64,000 nucleotides of DNA from a virus. Under the pieces are notes generated by a model, which did not search any database, was not told where the DNA came from, and worked only from the letters and a program-made list of their open reading frames with translations. Location: IMG/VR virus record IMGVR_UViG_3300028423_000861, positions 32,001 to 96,000 of that record; one strand, given 5' to 3'. Position numbers and translations under genes: made by a program. Shown here in pieces: positions 30,071-39,976 of the stretch; positions within the stretch are counted from its first letter, which is position 1, and the number at the start of each line of letters is the position of its first letter.

Positions 30071-30885
30071 CTGCGTTGACCATTTTCAAATGCACGTCGA
30101 GTAACATTATACATTGCTCGAATATCTTTTATGTCAAGATCTGGGTGATGCTTTTCACGATAACGATCTAGAGCACCGTATACATCGCTCATTTCCAATT
30201 GAGACATAATACGCACCCCTTGACGATGAGCATCCGCTAACTCCAGTGCCTCTTCAACAATTTTGCTGGGTTCACCAACCTCTCCGCGATCAATGTTTGT
30301 CAAATGATAACCGGGCTTTCTTTGCTCAGGAAGCATTTCTCTAATCATTTCCCAACACTTATCTGCTGGAATTGGTTGACTGAACGGGCACACTTTTTCT
30401 TCGCCATCACGACGAACTACGCCAGCGAAATCTTTGTATGGTGTTTGACGAACAAGATATGTAATGCAATTGTCACGTGCTCTCACAGTGTGTAAAGTAT
30501 TAGCATAAATTTGATAGTATGATCCTGCAAGGTGTTCAGTATCAATCAACGGCCAGGTATGACCGCGTTCAGGGGGATGACCCTCTTTTTCATTTCCGGG
30601 CTTACAATCTTCCCAAAATTTTTGATACTCACCGTCAGGACCTGGTTGCCATCCCCAAATGGTCTGGTCAAATGTTCCTTGTAAGATATAGCTAATAAAA
30701 TCATAACGATGATCGTGTGGTTCTTCAGCTAAAACAGGAAGATCCTTGTGGTAAAAATGAACTCGCGCATTGGTTTTGGTTTTTAGCTGAATAAAGCCTA
30801 AACCAAAATATGCAGGCTCTGCTCCAAATGATTTTAAACAGTCAATATCAAGCAGATGTTCCGAATTCTTGTTGAAATCCATCAA
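30067..30885 (-). CDS. Cupin-like domain fused to a MazG-like C-terminal domain
   Basis: PHDHRYDFISYILQG...LHTV (cupin) plus SKIVEEALELADA...LEMSDVYGAL (ExxE...ExxD). Confidence 0.55.
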   Translation of the reverse strand: MMDFNKNSEHLLDIDCLKSFGAEPAYFGLGFIQLKTKTNARVHFYHKDLPVLAEEPHDHRYDFISYILQGTFDQTIWGWQPGPDGEYQKFWEDCKPGNEKEGHPPERGHTWPLIDTEHLAGSYYQIYANTLHTVRARDNCITYLVRQTPYKDFAGVVRRDGEEKVCPFSQPIPADKCWEMIREMLPEQRKPGYHLTNIDRGEVGEPSKIVEEALELADAHRQGVRIMSQLEMSDVYGALDRYREKHHPDLDIKDIRAMYNVTRRAFENGQRS

Positions 30886-31588
30886 TAGTCCTTTCTAGAT
30901 TTCCAAAATTAAAGAAATGAACTCGTTCGCGTTCTGATCCATAATCCGTATCACGCCAGAAACGGTTAACGTCGATTCTTCCGTTGTGAATATAATTTAT
31001 ACCAGATTTGTTTATCCACAATCCTTTAAGAGAAGTTGTAACACCACACAATTTCATGTATTTCCACAATCCCTTGGCAGTTGTTTGTGTGGGTAAACAT
31101 GGAATAATAAAATTTCTCCACCAACGCATCCTTTCTGGATTGAGGCAAAGCTGATTCATACCGTAAGATATATCCCCAACTCTCAAATAGGTTATCGATT
31201 TAAGACGTTTTGTTTCGTCGAGATTGGGGTCTACACCAATATAAAATTTCCAGTTCAAAGCTAAATTTTCCTGGAGATCATAATATACATCTAGTTTGTC
31301 ACGATATATCCAATTATCACCAGCACCTCCGATAAGAAGAGCCTGTTGAGATTCATTGTTGAGGTCTTGAATGCCTTCTATCAATTCTGAAACAGAATGT
31401 AGATTACGAGCAGCAATATGCGGAAAAGCAATACGGCGTCCAGCAACATCATTGATGCGCTTGACGCCGTCTACAGTAGCAGCAAAGCTATCATTCGGGA
31501 GATGTGTTACACTAACAGCATCTACCTTATCGAGAACTTGTTGGGATACTCTACTACGGGGGGTTGCTTCAAAACTAATTTTTACCAT
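30848..31588 (-). CDS. Methylenetetrahydrofolate reductase-like (MetF-like) protein
   Basis: ISFEATP, VSVTHLP, PHIAARNL, ALLIGG, LWKYMKLCGV. Confidence 0.6.
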   Translation of the reverse strand: MVKISFEATPRSRVSQQVLDKVDAVSVTHLPNDSFAATVDGVKRINDVAGRRIAFPHIAARNLHSVSELIEGIQDLNNESQQALLIGGAGDNWIYRDKLDVYYDLQENLALNWKFYIGVDPNLDETKRLKSITYLRVGDISYGMNQLCLNPERMRWWRNFIIPCLPTQTTAKGLWKYMKLCGVTTSLKGLWINKSGINYIHNGRIDVNRFWRDTDYGSERERVHFFNFGNLERTIDGFQQEFGTSA

Positions 31589-31744
31589 ACTCTATTTATT
31601 TTTCATTAGGACGATTCTTTTCCTGTGACTCACGAAATTGGCGTTTACCTTCTGCAAGCATCCATGCAAAAAAAGGACACATAGCCAGAAAAACGCAAAG
31701 TGCAAGAAGGGCTCCGGGCTCCATTTTTTCCTCCTGTATTGATT

Positions 31745-31804
31745 TAGGCGGGTGTGGGGATTCGAACCCCGTCTATAGCCGACCTTTCGTCACGGCTCAC
31801 CCGT
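31745..31804 (-). ncRNA. Minimal tRNA-like RNA (acceptor stem, one hairpin, T-arm)
   Basis: CGGGTG/CACCCG stem, AGCC-GAC-GAAAG-GTC-GGCT hairpin, GGGG TTCGAAT CCCC. Confidence 0.5.
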
Positions 31805-32036
31805 CATGTCATGCTCTTTCGTAATTGGTAGCCCCGCCACGCGAGCGGCGATCTTGACCACGTTCAAGATAATATGGGTCCTTGTTGAGTGCAATGCAAA
31901 CTTTTGCGGCTTTTTCTTTTCCGCGAATAGTTGTATAAAGCATACCACCAACGAGGATATCCCACAAATCAGTGGTATCGCGATTGGCCGATCGACAATT
32001 TACCATTTGAAAGTCTTGATGTTTCATATTGTTCCT

Positions 32037-32576
32037 TTATTTTTTTAGGAAATTTTGTATGAGCGGCACAGCTTTTTCAATATGATCAAAGCAGTGGCTG
32101 CCGCCAGTAAACTTGTGAAACTCGTAACTGTCCTCAACTATGCTCTCGGTTTTATGAGCGCTTACGATATCGTCACCCATTTCAGATATAACGATACCAT
32201 TCCCTTCCATGCTCATGTCAGGATATTTTTCGACAATATTATCACTAAGATAGTGATCTCGTCCTTCACGATCGGTAAAACTACCTAACCAACGCTCTAA
32301 TGTTTTACTTGGTTGAGTGATAGGATTAAATGCAACGAAAGGAATATCGTATTTTTCACTCACAAAGGCAGCAATGTAACCGCCCATACTCGTTCCGATA
32401 ATTAGATCAATTTCGTGTTCTTCAACACTCCAGGATACAGTTTTAAAAACATTTTCGTATCCTTTACAAAACTCTACGTCGACACCGTAAACCTTGCCCA
32501 ACTGTTCTAGTTGTTTGACTTTTTCATGTTCGGGGTCGAATCGACTCCCGAATCCATGGACATATAGTATCTTCAT
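32037..32576 (-). CDS. YqiA/YcfP-family alpha/beta hydrolase (esterase)
   Basis: ILYVHGFGS, GTSMGG nucleophile elbow, FNP, GDD, GGSHCF. Confidence 0.85.
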   Translation of the reverse strand: MKILYVHGFGSRFDPEHEKVKQLEQLGKVYGVDVEFCKGYENVFKTVSWSVEEHEIDLIIGTSMGGYIAAFVSEKYDIPFVAFNPITQPSKTLERWLGSFTDREGRDHYLSDNIVEKYPDMSMEGNGIVISEMGDDIVSAHKTESIVEDSYEFHKFTGGSHCFDHIEKAVPLIQNFLKK

Positions 32577-32845
32577 TATTCGTTCCGTATAATGATCTCA
32601 CTACCGTCTTTGAAGCTCATCCAGGCTCCAATGTAGTAATCACATCCTCCGTCAACTTTTTCGAAGGCACCATATTCGTCTTCAAGTGCTTCATACGCAA
32701 CTACCGGAATAGACGTATCATAACGTTTAGCGTTATCGGGATCAAATTCCACATACATTGCAAGATCAGCAATGGAAACTGTGTTGTCATTTTCTGTTTT
32801 GGAAACTTTTACTTGAGCATTTCCCAATTCGGCAATTTTTATCAT
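32576..32845 (-). CDS. Hypothetical early protein
   Basis: Follows a repeated promoter and RBS. Confidence 0.6.
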   Translation of the reverse strand: MIKIAELGNAQVKVSKTENDNTVSIADLAMYVEFDPDNAKRYDTSIPVVAYEALEDEYGAFEKVDGGCDYYIGAWMSFKDGSEIIIRNE

Positions 32846-32852
32846 GTCACTC

Positions 32853-32899
32853 TCCTTTGCTTACATTATCAATATAAGCAAAAACGATTGGATTGTCAA
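32853..32899 (-). promoter_or_regulatory. Repeated early promoter plus RBS
   Basis: TTGACA...TTTGCT TATATT GATAATGTAAGCAAAGGAG. Confidence 0.8.
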
Positions 32900-33549
32900 T
32901 CATCTTTTGGGCGCCGATGACCGATCTTTTTAGCCCAATCACGCATACGCTTGAACAAACGGGTAACTTGTGTTTCAGTATCGCTGCCTTCACTATTGTC
33001 AATTACATACATGTCATTGCCGAAATAATGTTGAAACTTGCCGATATTGTCTTGAACTGCATTCCACATCTTTTCAACTTCTTCGTCTGGAAGCTGACGG
33101 TTGCGCATCCTGTTTCTTTTCAATGCAGTTTCTAGATTGGTGTTGACAAAGATCATCGCGGTATCGTATCCCAACTCTTCTAGCTTTTCGGCTTGACGAG
33201 AGATCTTATCATAATCTTTACCAGTGCCATCGATTACAAGACCCAACGCACCTTTGAGATAATTCTGCATTTGCTTGTTAGTTATAGATTTGGCGTGGAC
33301 ACGTATTTCCTGTCCACGCCTGCTATAAATGTCATCTGGAGTAGTGGTTAACCCAGCGTCTTTTAAATATTTTTCAAATGCTGCATCGTTATTGACAACT
33401 TTAAATCCAAGAGATCTCAATGCCGAACGATCTACAATGTAGCTTTTTCCACTTCCAGGACCGCCTGCGAGGAAAACAGCTTTATATATGGAAGGATCGT
33501 TCGGTCCTTCCTCGAGAGTATTTTCCAGGATAATATCTTCTATCAACAT
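32896..33549 (-). CDS. Zeta-toxin/AAA_33-like P-loop kinase
   Basis: VFLAGGPGSGKS, IDGTG, FVNT...ALKRNRMR, IDNS; late-type N-terminus. Confidence 0.8.
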   Translation of the reverse strand: MLIEDIILENTLEEGPNDPSIYKAVFLAGGPGSGKSYIVDRSALRSLGFKVVNNDAAFEKYLKDAGLTTTPDDIYSRRGQEIRVHAKSITNKQMQNYLKGALGLVIDGTGKDYDKISRQAEKLEELGYDTAMIFVNTNLETALKRNRMRNRQLPDEEVEKMWNAVQDNIGKFQHYFGNDMYVIDNSEGSDTETQVTRLFKRMRDWAKKIGHRRPKDD

Positions 33550-33568
33550 ACATTTATTTATTTAGATT

Positions 33569-33653
33569 TGGTAGGGATGGAGGGACTTGAACCCCCACGC
33601 CTTGCGGCATCAGAACCTAAATCTGACGTGTCTGCCTATTCCACCACATCCCC
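33569..33653 (-). tRNA. tRNA-Leu(UAG)
   Basis: TCAGA TT TAG GT TCTGA; long variable arm; ACCA. Confidence 0.95.
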
Positions 33654-33658
33654 ACATG

Positions 33659-33997
33659 TCAATTTTTATCTTTAGGGTGATCAACATGCCTAAGTTTTTT
33701 ACGTGTATTGCGAGCTGCCTTGTTCATCGCTTCTTGTTGTTTTCTTGCATGACGAAACACAATGCATGTAATAAAAATACCACCAACAATCAAGAAATGA
33801 ATCACAACCCCAGCACCAAAAGCAAAAAAACTTCCTGTAATCCAACCAAAAATTATTGCCCACATGATGCCTAGCATTTGAAACGCTGTGTGTGACTCGT
33901 GAAATCCTAGATGACGTAGAGGTGATTTTTCTACTGCCAAAAACGTTTCTAGACATTCACCTATCCAGATAAAAAACTTTTTAAAAGGCTTACGCAC
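33659..33997 (-). CDS. Hypothetical membrane protein
   Basis: SPLRHL...FQMLGIMWAIIF; two TM helices. Confidence 0.6.
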   Translation of the reverse strand: MRKPFKKFFIWIGECLETFLAVEKSPLRHLGFHESHTAFQMLGIMWAIIFGWITGSFFAFGAGVVIHFLIVGGIFITCIVFRHARKQQEAMNKAARNTRKKLRHVDHPKDKN

Positions 33998-34028
33998 AAC
34001 ATGTTTCCTGGTAGTCGTTTATTTATAT

Positions 34029-34255
34029 GATAGAACATTCTCGGTTATTGCTAAGAGGCGAGGTGAAACGCTCTTTTATCGGCTTTGCCAGCAATTCTGG
34101 CCTGCACACATTACCCCCTCTACAGTTTGGATATGAAAGGTATGAGCTTTCATAAGTAATATGTGCTTTCTGACGGCCCCGTTAAGAAGGTCCTCATCTC
34201 CTTCATAGAAGTTCTATCTCCAAATGCCTGGGTTGATCATTCCCTGTGCACTTGA
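34029..34255 (-). ncRNA. Unassigned structured RNA
   Basis: Closing stem 34029-34036/34211-34218, nested stems 34104-34114/34156-34166 and 34132-34139/34147-34154; promoter 34265-34292. Confidence 0.5.
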
Positions 34256-34296
34256 TATTTCATCAATATAACAAATTTGTATATAATATCAAGACT

Positions 34297-34533
34297 TTAC
34301 ATGTATTGAGCTAGCATGAGTTTCGCAATAAGCAACTCATGATCGTCAAGATCAGCAACTTGATCATCAATATGTTGCAAATGCATGAGCTCAATGAGTG
34401 TATCAATTTGTTGGCGCCTGAATAGTGGTAATTGACTACGGAATTCTTCCAGTTCGGTTCTTGTATCAAATGACCAGATCATGTCGAGCATCTCGACTTG
34501 TTCAAGAGTCAGGTTTGATATTTCCATTTTCAA
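34297..34533 (-). CDS. Hypothetical protein
   Basis: LTLEQVEMLDMIWS ORF. Confidence 0.6.
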   Translation of the reverse strand: MKMEISNLTLEQVEMLDMIWSFDTRTELEEFRSQLPLFRRQQIDTLIELMHLQHIDDQVADLDDHELLIAKLMLAQYM

Positions 34534-34858
34534 GATCCTCGATTGCTTGGTTAACGGCAGTAGTAAAGTTTAACGCAGCTTGACGGCGTAAAAGCAGACT
34601 ATGGTGGCGAACGCTGTTGCCGCCCCAAATAACACGCCAGGCATCTGCAAGACGCTGGTGAAACTTCCTCCAACCTTGTAGGTCTGTTTGAACATAGAAT
34701 GTTACTTCAACATCATCAATATCAGGATCTTGAGATACCTCAATCCACGCCGTGATAGAATGATCTGGATCTGAACATTCACAATCTACATTGTAAACCA
34801 TAGCATCGTGCCATGAATTACTTCTTGAAATCCCAAGTGCAGGTTTTTCAGCTTTCAT
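34502..34858 (-). CDS. Hypothetical protein
   Basis: CECSDPDH motif. Confidence 0.6.
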   Translation of the reverse strand: MKAEKPALGISRSNSWHDAMVYNVDCECSDPDHSITAWIEVSQDPDIDDVEVTFYVQTDLQGWRKFHQRLADAWRVIWGGNSVRHHSLLLRRQAALNFTTAVNQAIEDLENGNIKPDS

Positions 34859-34867
34859 ATTTTTTCC

Positions 34868-35119
34868 TTATGCAATAATCATGCTCATTAACAGCAAAAC
34901 AACACCAGTTACACCAAAAACAGGATTGGTTTGCGCGACTTTGGTAAAAAATTCAATAAGGTTTGGCGGCGCGTTTGTAATAAAGTTTTCAACTAGTTGA
35001 TCACTGTCAACATCGCTTTCTCGCCAATTGGGCGTAAACTTTACGATCTGCCAAAACATCCACATCCAATTGAGGACCCAAATTAAAACCAATCCTGTAC
35101 CAAATTCAAAAAACATCAT
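34868..35119 (-). CDS. Hypothetical membrane protein
   Basis: Two hydrophobic segments. Confidence 0.55.
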   Translation of the reverse strand: MMFFEFGTGLVLIWVLNWMWMFWQIVKFTPNWRESDVDSDQLVENFITNAPPNLIEFFTKVAQTNPVFGVTGVVLLLMSMIIA

Positions 35120-35415
35120 TGTGACATACTCCCAATGTTTTTTCCAAGTTCTTGCATTTCACGAGCATGTTGACGATTAATCTCACGAATATTTTCTCGT
35201 TGTTCTTCTGTCAAATCTTCCCAATCAGGACCTTCTCGTTGATAGAATTCTAAAGAAAGATAATATTCTTTTTTATGCCCGTCTTCTACAGCACAATTAA
35301 CGAACCTGATCTTGTCTTGTTCGGAAAGGCCCATATACCCTTCTTTCTCGAGTAATTTTTGCCATTCTTGTGATTTATAGAACGGTGTGAAAAATTTATT
35401 CATGAATCTCTCCAT
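35116..35415 (-). CDS. Hypothetical protein
   Basis: Coupled ORF. Confidence 0.55.
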   Translation of the reverse strand: MERFMNKFFTPFYKSQEWQKLLEKEGYMGLSEQDKIRFVNCAVEDGHKKEYYLSLEFYQREGPDWEDLTEEQRENIREINRQHAREMQELGKNIGSMSQ

Positions 35416-35930
35416 GCAGATTTGTCTTGATAGTAACTGTTAATCGAACCAATCGTAATATTACCATCAGGACCGCGCCAGCCCGGATTCGCTCTCCACG
35501 CCCGAGAGCCTTTATGATAAACGATGAGCTCGTCTGTAATTGGTCGTCCGTTAGTCTTGAGTCGGAAAAATTTACCTGGCGCAGCTTGCATGAAACCCAG
35601 CGCAACCGAACCATCATATTTCCAAGCCTTAAGGTATTTGTGATATACATCCAATTGCTCTTCTGGTTTCATGTTGAGAACAAGCTCAGTATCAAGATTC
35701 ATACCATACACTCGATTGAGCCATTCAAGCGTAGATGGAATTAATTGAAATGCACCTGCCGCTCGTGATCCACGATTGTAGGAAGCAAAATTCCATTTAG
35801 GAACCGTCTCGCCATAAATGACGTCATAAAAATCACCGGGATTGATACCGTATTTCCTGGACATATACTCGAGTAATGATGTCCATCTTTTATTTCGTGC
35901 GAGGTCTTCTGGCGTTTGAATATTTGTCAT
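35400..35930 (-). CDS. Lysozyme/lytic transglycosylase-like protein
   Basis: IYGET...AAGAFQLIPST...EQLDVYHKYL. Confidence 0.7.
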   Translation of the reverse strand: MTNIQTPEDLARNKRWTSLLEYMSRKYGINPGDFYDVIYGETVPKWNFASYNRGSRAAGAFQLIPSTLEWLNRVYGMNLDTELVLNMKPEEQLDVYHKYLKAWKYDGSVALGFMQAAPGKFFRLKTNGRPITDELIVYHKGSRAWRANPGWRGPDGNITIGSINSYYQDKSAWRDS

Positions 35931-35937
35931 CTTTTTA

Positions 35938-37125
35938 TTAAACCATTTTGAGAAGCTCTTGTTTCGTGAGCTTGAATCCCGAAGTTTCCCACTCCGCCCT
36001 CAGTTGTGCCAGCTTGCGGCCCATCTCAGGACCAGGCGAATGTCCAGCAGAGATAAGATCGCTTCCGCTAAGAGGAAATTCAGGAGGTGACCAGGCCTTG
36101 AGTGCAGGAATTCGGTTCCCTTGACCAACACTGTTTAGCAATGCAAAGACATTTTCTGACTTGATTTTTGGGTCGGCAAGCATACGCTTGATGTCTTCGT
36201 CAGTGAGATCTTGATCACGATTATCGATAATAAATTTGGCGCGATTAAAGACCTCGTTGGAGAATTTCCATTTATTGCGGAGAGTCTGGAGTCCAGCGGT
36301 GTTATTTAGTGCCGCAGCAAGAGCGGCTACTGGATCGTCACCAGTGACCTGCCGCACCATACCAACACGATTATTCGGCATATCAATAGCTTCTAGAACA
36401 TCTGTTTGATCCATGCGCTTGAGAACTTCTGCACGGCTGTTAGGACGGCTGAGAATCTTTTCCATTTCCATCCAAACACGTTCTCCGCTTATATTAGCAA
36501 GTCCTTGGGCATTGCGGGCAACTGCATCCATGGTTTCTTGATCCCATGAAGGACCGTTCAAACGTCCCTGGAAACGAAAGAACCGGAGAATGCGCAAGTA
36601 ATCTTCTTGCATACGTTCATCAGGATTGCCTACAAAACGTGCAACGCCGTTTTCAAGATCTTCAACACCGTCAAAGTAATCATGCAACGTGCCATCCATT
36701 TCCATGCTCATTGCATTAAAAGTCAAATCACGACGTTCAGCATCTTTGCGCCAGTCATTTGTAAACTCTACATCGGCATGACGGCCATCGGTTTCAGAAT
36801 CGATTCTCAACGTTGTAATTTCAATAGGCTCGCCATCCAATATTGCCGTGATAGTCCCATGGTCGAGACCAGTCGGCTCGTGGCGTATTCCTGCCCGATC
36901 TAATATTTCCATCATTTGTTCAGGACGAGCGTCAGTTGCCATGTCAATGTCCTTGGGATCTTTGCCAAGAACAAGATCACGCACAGCACCACCCACAATA
37001 CGAACCTCAAAGCCAGCGGCACGGGCAGCTCGATCCAACGTTCGCACTGCCGGAGTAAGAAGATGATCAAAACGATCATGTTCAAGCTTCATTGTAGCTT
37101 CATTAAGGATATTATGTAGGCGCAT
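35938..37125 (-). CDS. cca: CCA-adding tRNA nucleotidyltransferase (class II)
   Basis: VGGAVRD...DIDMAT, EITTLR, DAERRDLTFNAM, EDYLRILRFFRF, ISGERVWME; start MRLHNILNE. Confidence 0.9.
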   Translation of the reverse strand: MRLHNILNEATMKLEHDRFDHLLTPAVRTLDRAARAAGFEVRIVGGAVRDLVLGKDPKDIDMATDARPEQMMEILDRAGIRHEPTGLDHGTITAILDGEPIEITTLRIDSETDGRHADVEFTNDWRKDAERRDLTFNAMSMEMDGTLHDYFDGVEDLENGVARFVGNPDERMQEDYLRILRFFRFQGRLNGPSWDQETMDAVARNAQGLANISGERVWMEMEKILSRPNSRAEVLKRMDQTDVLEAIDMPNNRVGMVRQVTGDDPVAALAAALNNTAGLQTLRNKWKFSNEVFNRAKFIIDNRDQDLTDEDIKRMLADPKIKSENVFALLNSVGQGNRIPALKAWSPPEFPLSGSDLISAGHSPGPEMGRKLAQLRAEWETSGFKLTKQELLKMV

Positions 37126-37180
37126 GTGTTCTCCCTTTCTCAACCTTTATTATGGCCAAGAAACTTCGGTATGTCAAACA

Positions 37181-37579
37181 CTATTTACCAAAGGGAAAGA
37201 ACTTTGGTTCAACTTCTACATCAAAAGGATCGACCGCTTGCCAATTACGGCTATCTTTGATTAGATCATTACTATCAACAGGCTTTGCTCCTGCAGAACG
37301 ATCAATACTCACAGTGATATGATAAAAACTACCATCGTCTCGCTGTGTCGTGCCATTAACCTTTACGATAGCTGCTTGAACACGGTCATTACTAGCTACC
37401 GCAGTTACACGAACAGAGTGTGTCTCGGGCGGGAGACTCTCGTAAACCCCAAATTCGTTAGTGACATGATGTGCAATAACATCCGGGTGCACAGGATCTA
37501 TATGAGCAAGTAGATGCTCCCGACCACGGGGCGTAAGGAGGTATCCATTATACCCTTTACGGAGTTTCTTTTCATCCAT
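37181..37579 (-). CDS. 2H phosphoesterase (cyclic phosphodiesterase-like)
   Basis: Two HxT motifs: HHVT and YHITVS...AKPVDSNDL; ends in TAG. Confidence 0.75.
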   Translation of the reverse strand: MDEKKLRKGYNGYLLTPRGREHLLAHIDPVHPDVIAHHVTNEFGVYESLPPETHSVRVTAVASNDRVQAAIVKVNGTTQRDDGSFYHITVSIDRSAGAKPVDSNDLIKDSRNWQAVDPFDVEVEPKFFPFGK

Positions 37580-37835
37580 GCAGATCTTCCTCCTTGACGC
37601 CTAATTGATCCAACACCTTACCGCGATAGTAAAGATGCACAAGTAATACTGGTATTCCAGGAATAGCAGTATAATCAACCCACCATGTCCAATATCCATA
37701 TACCAAATAGGAAACCGGCAAAGATAGCGCAGTGACCAATAAAAGGACCAGAAATATTAAAAAACTGGCCACAAACCATTTCTTGTCGTTTTTATTGACT
37801 CGTGACCAGTCTAGCTCATTCCTCTTCAAAGACAA
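37572..37835 (-). CDS. Hypothetical membrane protein
   Basis: Two TM helices. Confidence 0.55.
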   Translation of the reverse strand: MSLKRNELDWSRVNKNDKKWFVASFLIFLVLLLVTALSLPVSYLVYGYWTWWVDYTAIPGIPVLLVHLYYRGKVLDQLGVKEEDLHG

Positions 37836-38358
37836 TGTCCTTCTTTTCCAGTGCCTTTGTCAGCATCCTGATGCTTTTGTCGTAACGACGATTTAGGCGC
37901 TCGGCTCTATTTCCGGGCATCTTGCTTTTATCGCCTCGACGATTGACAATGTTATCAGCAAGCTTGACCATCATAGCACCAGTGTTGTCGCTATCAATAA
38001 TACGTTGGATATTAACATGGTAATCGTCACTTGTTTTAAGTGTGAGAAGCATTACCATCTCGACAACTTCGTCGCTGTATCGCTGCGTTAGATCATTGCG
38101 TGTATACGCAGTGTCTTCTACAACATCATGGAGCAGAGCAGCGAGTGTGAGGTTGATTTGTTCAGCCGCCGTGAGCTTTGTTCCTTGTCCTGATTTAAGA
38201 ATCAGGTGGTTAACTTCCTGTGCAACTTCCACAGGATGCATAAAATACGGCATGTCATCGTATTTCTGTCCCTGGTGCGCTTCTTGGATAAAGGCAACCG
38301 TTGCTGTAATAGCAAGGTTTTTGGAGGCGGGATCATTGTATGCGTTGAGCTTCATCAT
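37816..38358 (-). CDS. HD-domain (p)ppGpp-hydrolase-like protein (Mesh1/SpoT HD type)
   Basis: AHQGQ...PYFMHPVEVA...ALLHDVVEDT...LT...VKLADNIVN. Confidence 0.85.
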   Translation of the reverse strand: MMKLNAYNDPASKNLAITATVAFIQEAHQGQKYDDMPYFMHPVEVAQEVNHLILKSGQGTKLTAAEQINLTLAALLHDVVEDTAYTRNDLTQRYSDEVVEMVMLLTLKTSDDYHVNIQRIIDSDNTGAMMVKLADNIVNRRGDKSKMPGNRAERLNRRYDKSIRMLTKALEKKDIVFEEE

Positions 38359-38550
38359 ATTTTTATATTAAGCTAAATTAGTTATAGAGTCAATCACTAT
38401 CTGTCTCTTCACGTGCAAGAAAAAATCTAGGATCACGATTTCGCATAAGTTGATCAATAGTGAACTCGACTCGGTTGGTTTCAACAGTTTGAACAACTTC
38501 GTTCATCCTGCGATCAATCAGAGATACTTTGGCCATGACATGTATTCCTT

Positions 38551-38739
38551 TTAAAGCCTGATTAATTCATGTGGTTCAAAATTAAAACGATCGCCATTGG
38601 CGAATTCAACTCGTATGAGAATTCTATCACGCTCTCTAACAAATCCTACCACGTGTCCAGGGTTCGGATCCCAGTATTGGTCTCGTTCAGCCACGACGCG
38701 GCCCCGCCAAAATTCACCTAGTTCTTCAAGATTAAACAT
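38551..38739 (-). CDS. Hypothetical protein
   Basis: ORF with GGGAG RBS. Confidence 0.5.
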   Translation of the reverse strand: MFNLEELGEFWRGRVVAERDQYWDPNPGHVVGFVRERDRILIRVEFANGDRFNFEPHELIRL

Positions 38740-39204
38740 TACACATCTCCCTGATATATTTATTTAGAGGCTGGGATACCCTCCTAATACAAGAACAAAT
38801 GCAGCAGTGATTGCTTTAACACAAACAAGACCGCCTACAATTGCAAGAATATCCAAGATCATTTTTAACTCCAAACAACTTACTTTACGAGCGGAATGCT
38901 TCAGCAAGTGCGGCGATGCGCTTGCGTTCTTGCTCTTTGCGGAATTCTTCGGCCTCACGAGCAAGCTTTTGTTCGAGTTCTTGTGCTTTTTCAGACATAA
39001 GCGACCTCCTCAAAGTCTTCAAGTTTCATTTCCGGATAGAACACAACACCACGGGGCAGATTTGCACCCGGGCGTTTCATCCCAATATGTGTATTGTGTC
39101 GATACGGATGAGCTTCATACCAGCGACCCAAAATTTGACGTGGAGTCACGCGATAAATGGTATACAGCAAACCGTTTTTTCTGTAGCGGAAGAGTGTCAT
39201 TGTT

Positions 39205-39507
39205 TCACCTCTCATCAATGAAAGTGACATGTCGCGCTTTGCGATATTCTCTCGCCTGGGGATGATCCCATAGAAGATCAGGATTATCACCTGGCCCTAC
39301 CTTTTGACCATCAAGACGATACGGCTGAGCAAGAAACATCACTTCGTTTCCGATAACATTTACCAAAGTAATACGCGCCCGCCGACCTTTGAATTTTCCA
39401 TAATTCAAAATCACATCTTGTCCAAGAAGCTGAGATTCAGCTGAATCAAGAACACTCTTGTGAACTTCGGCAATTTCTTGATTGAGTTGTTCTAGAAGAT
39501 TTTTCAC
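39205..39507 (-). CDS. Hypothetical protein
   Basis: 100 aa ORF. Confidence 0.55.
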   Translation of the reverse strand: MKNLLEQLNQEIAEVHKSVLDSAESQLLGQDVILNYGKFKGRRARITLVNVIGNEVMFLAQPYRLDGQKVGPGDNPDLLWDHPQAREYRKARHVTFIDER

Positions 39508-39682
39508 GGTTCAAGAACCCTATCAATTTCCCATTGCAGGTCGCGAACACCATCAATAAGATCATCAAGTTCGCGACGTTCCCACGTGCTATCTGAATTT
39601 TCCTTGATGTCTTGAAGCCTACTTATGGCTTCATCAAGAACATCACGTCCTTTTTCGAGTTTGGATTTCATCTGATTCTCCT

Positions 39683-39916
39683 TTACTGGATTACCGCGGT
39701 GGACTGGTGAGTGGGCTCGGGCATCACAGCCGCGTATTTGGGCTGGCCCGCTCCATCTACACCATTTTGAACAATGAGTCCTCGCCGCTTGGCAGCACGA
39801 ACCGCCGCGCTAACAGTAGCACAACCGTGACTCTGGAAAAACATAGGAATAATGTCGTTACCTTCACGGGCAAATTCAACCATGTCGTTCATACATTGTT
39901 CAGTCTTGGGATTCAT
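39683..39916 (-). CDS. Hypothetical early protein
   Basis: First gene after a repeated promoter. Confidence 0.6.
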   Translation of the reverse strand: MNPKTEQCMNDMVEFAREGNDIIPMFFQSHGCATVSAAVRAAKRRGLIVQNGVDGAGQPKYAAVMPEPTHQSTAVIQ

Positions 39917-39923
39917 GCCGTAT

Positions 39924-39971
39924 CTCCTTGCTTACATGACCAATATAACCGAAGTGTCTTGGTCTGTCAAC
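39924..39971 (-). promoter_or_regulatory. Repeated early promoter plus RBS
   Basis: Core identical over 43 bp to the copy at 41063-41110. Confidence 0.85.
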
Positions 39972-39976
39972 CAAAA

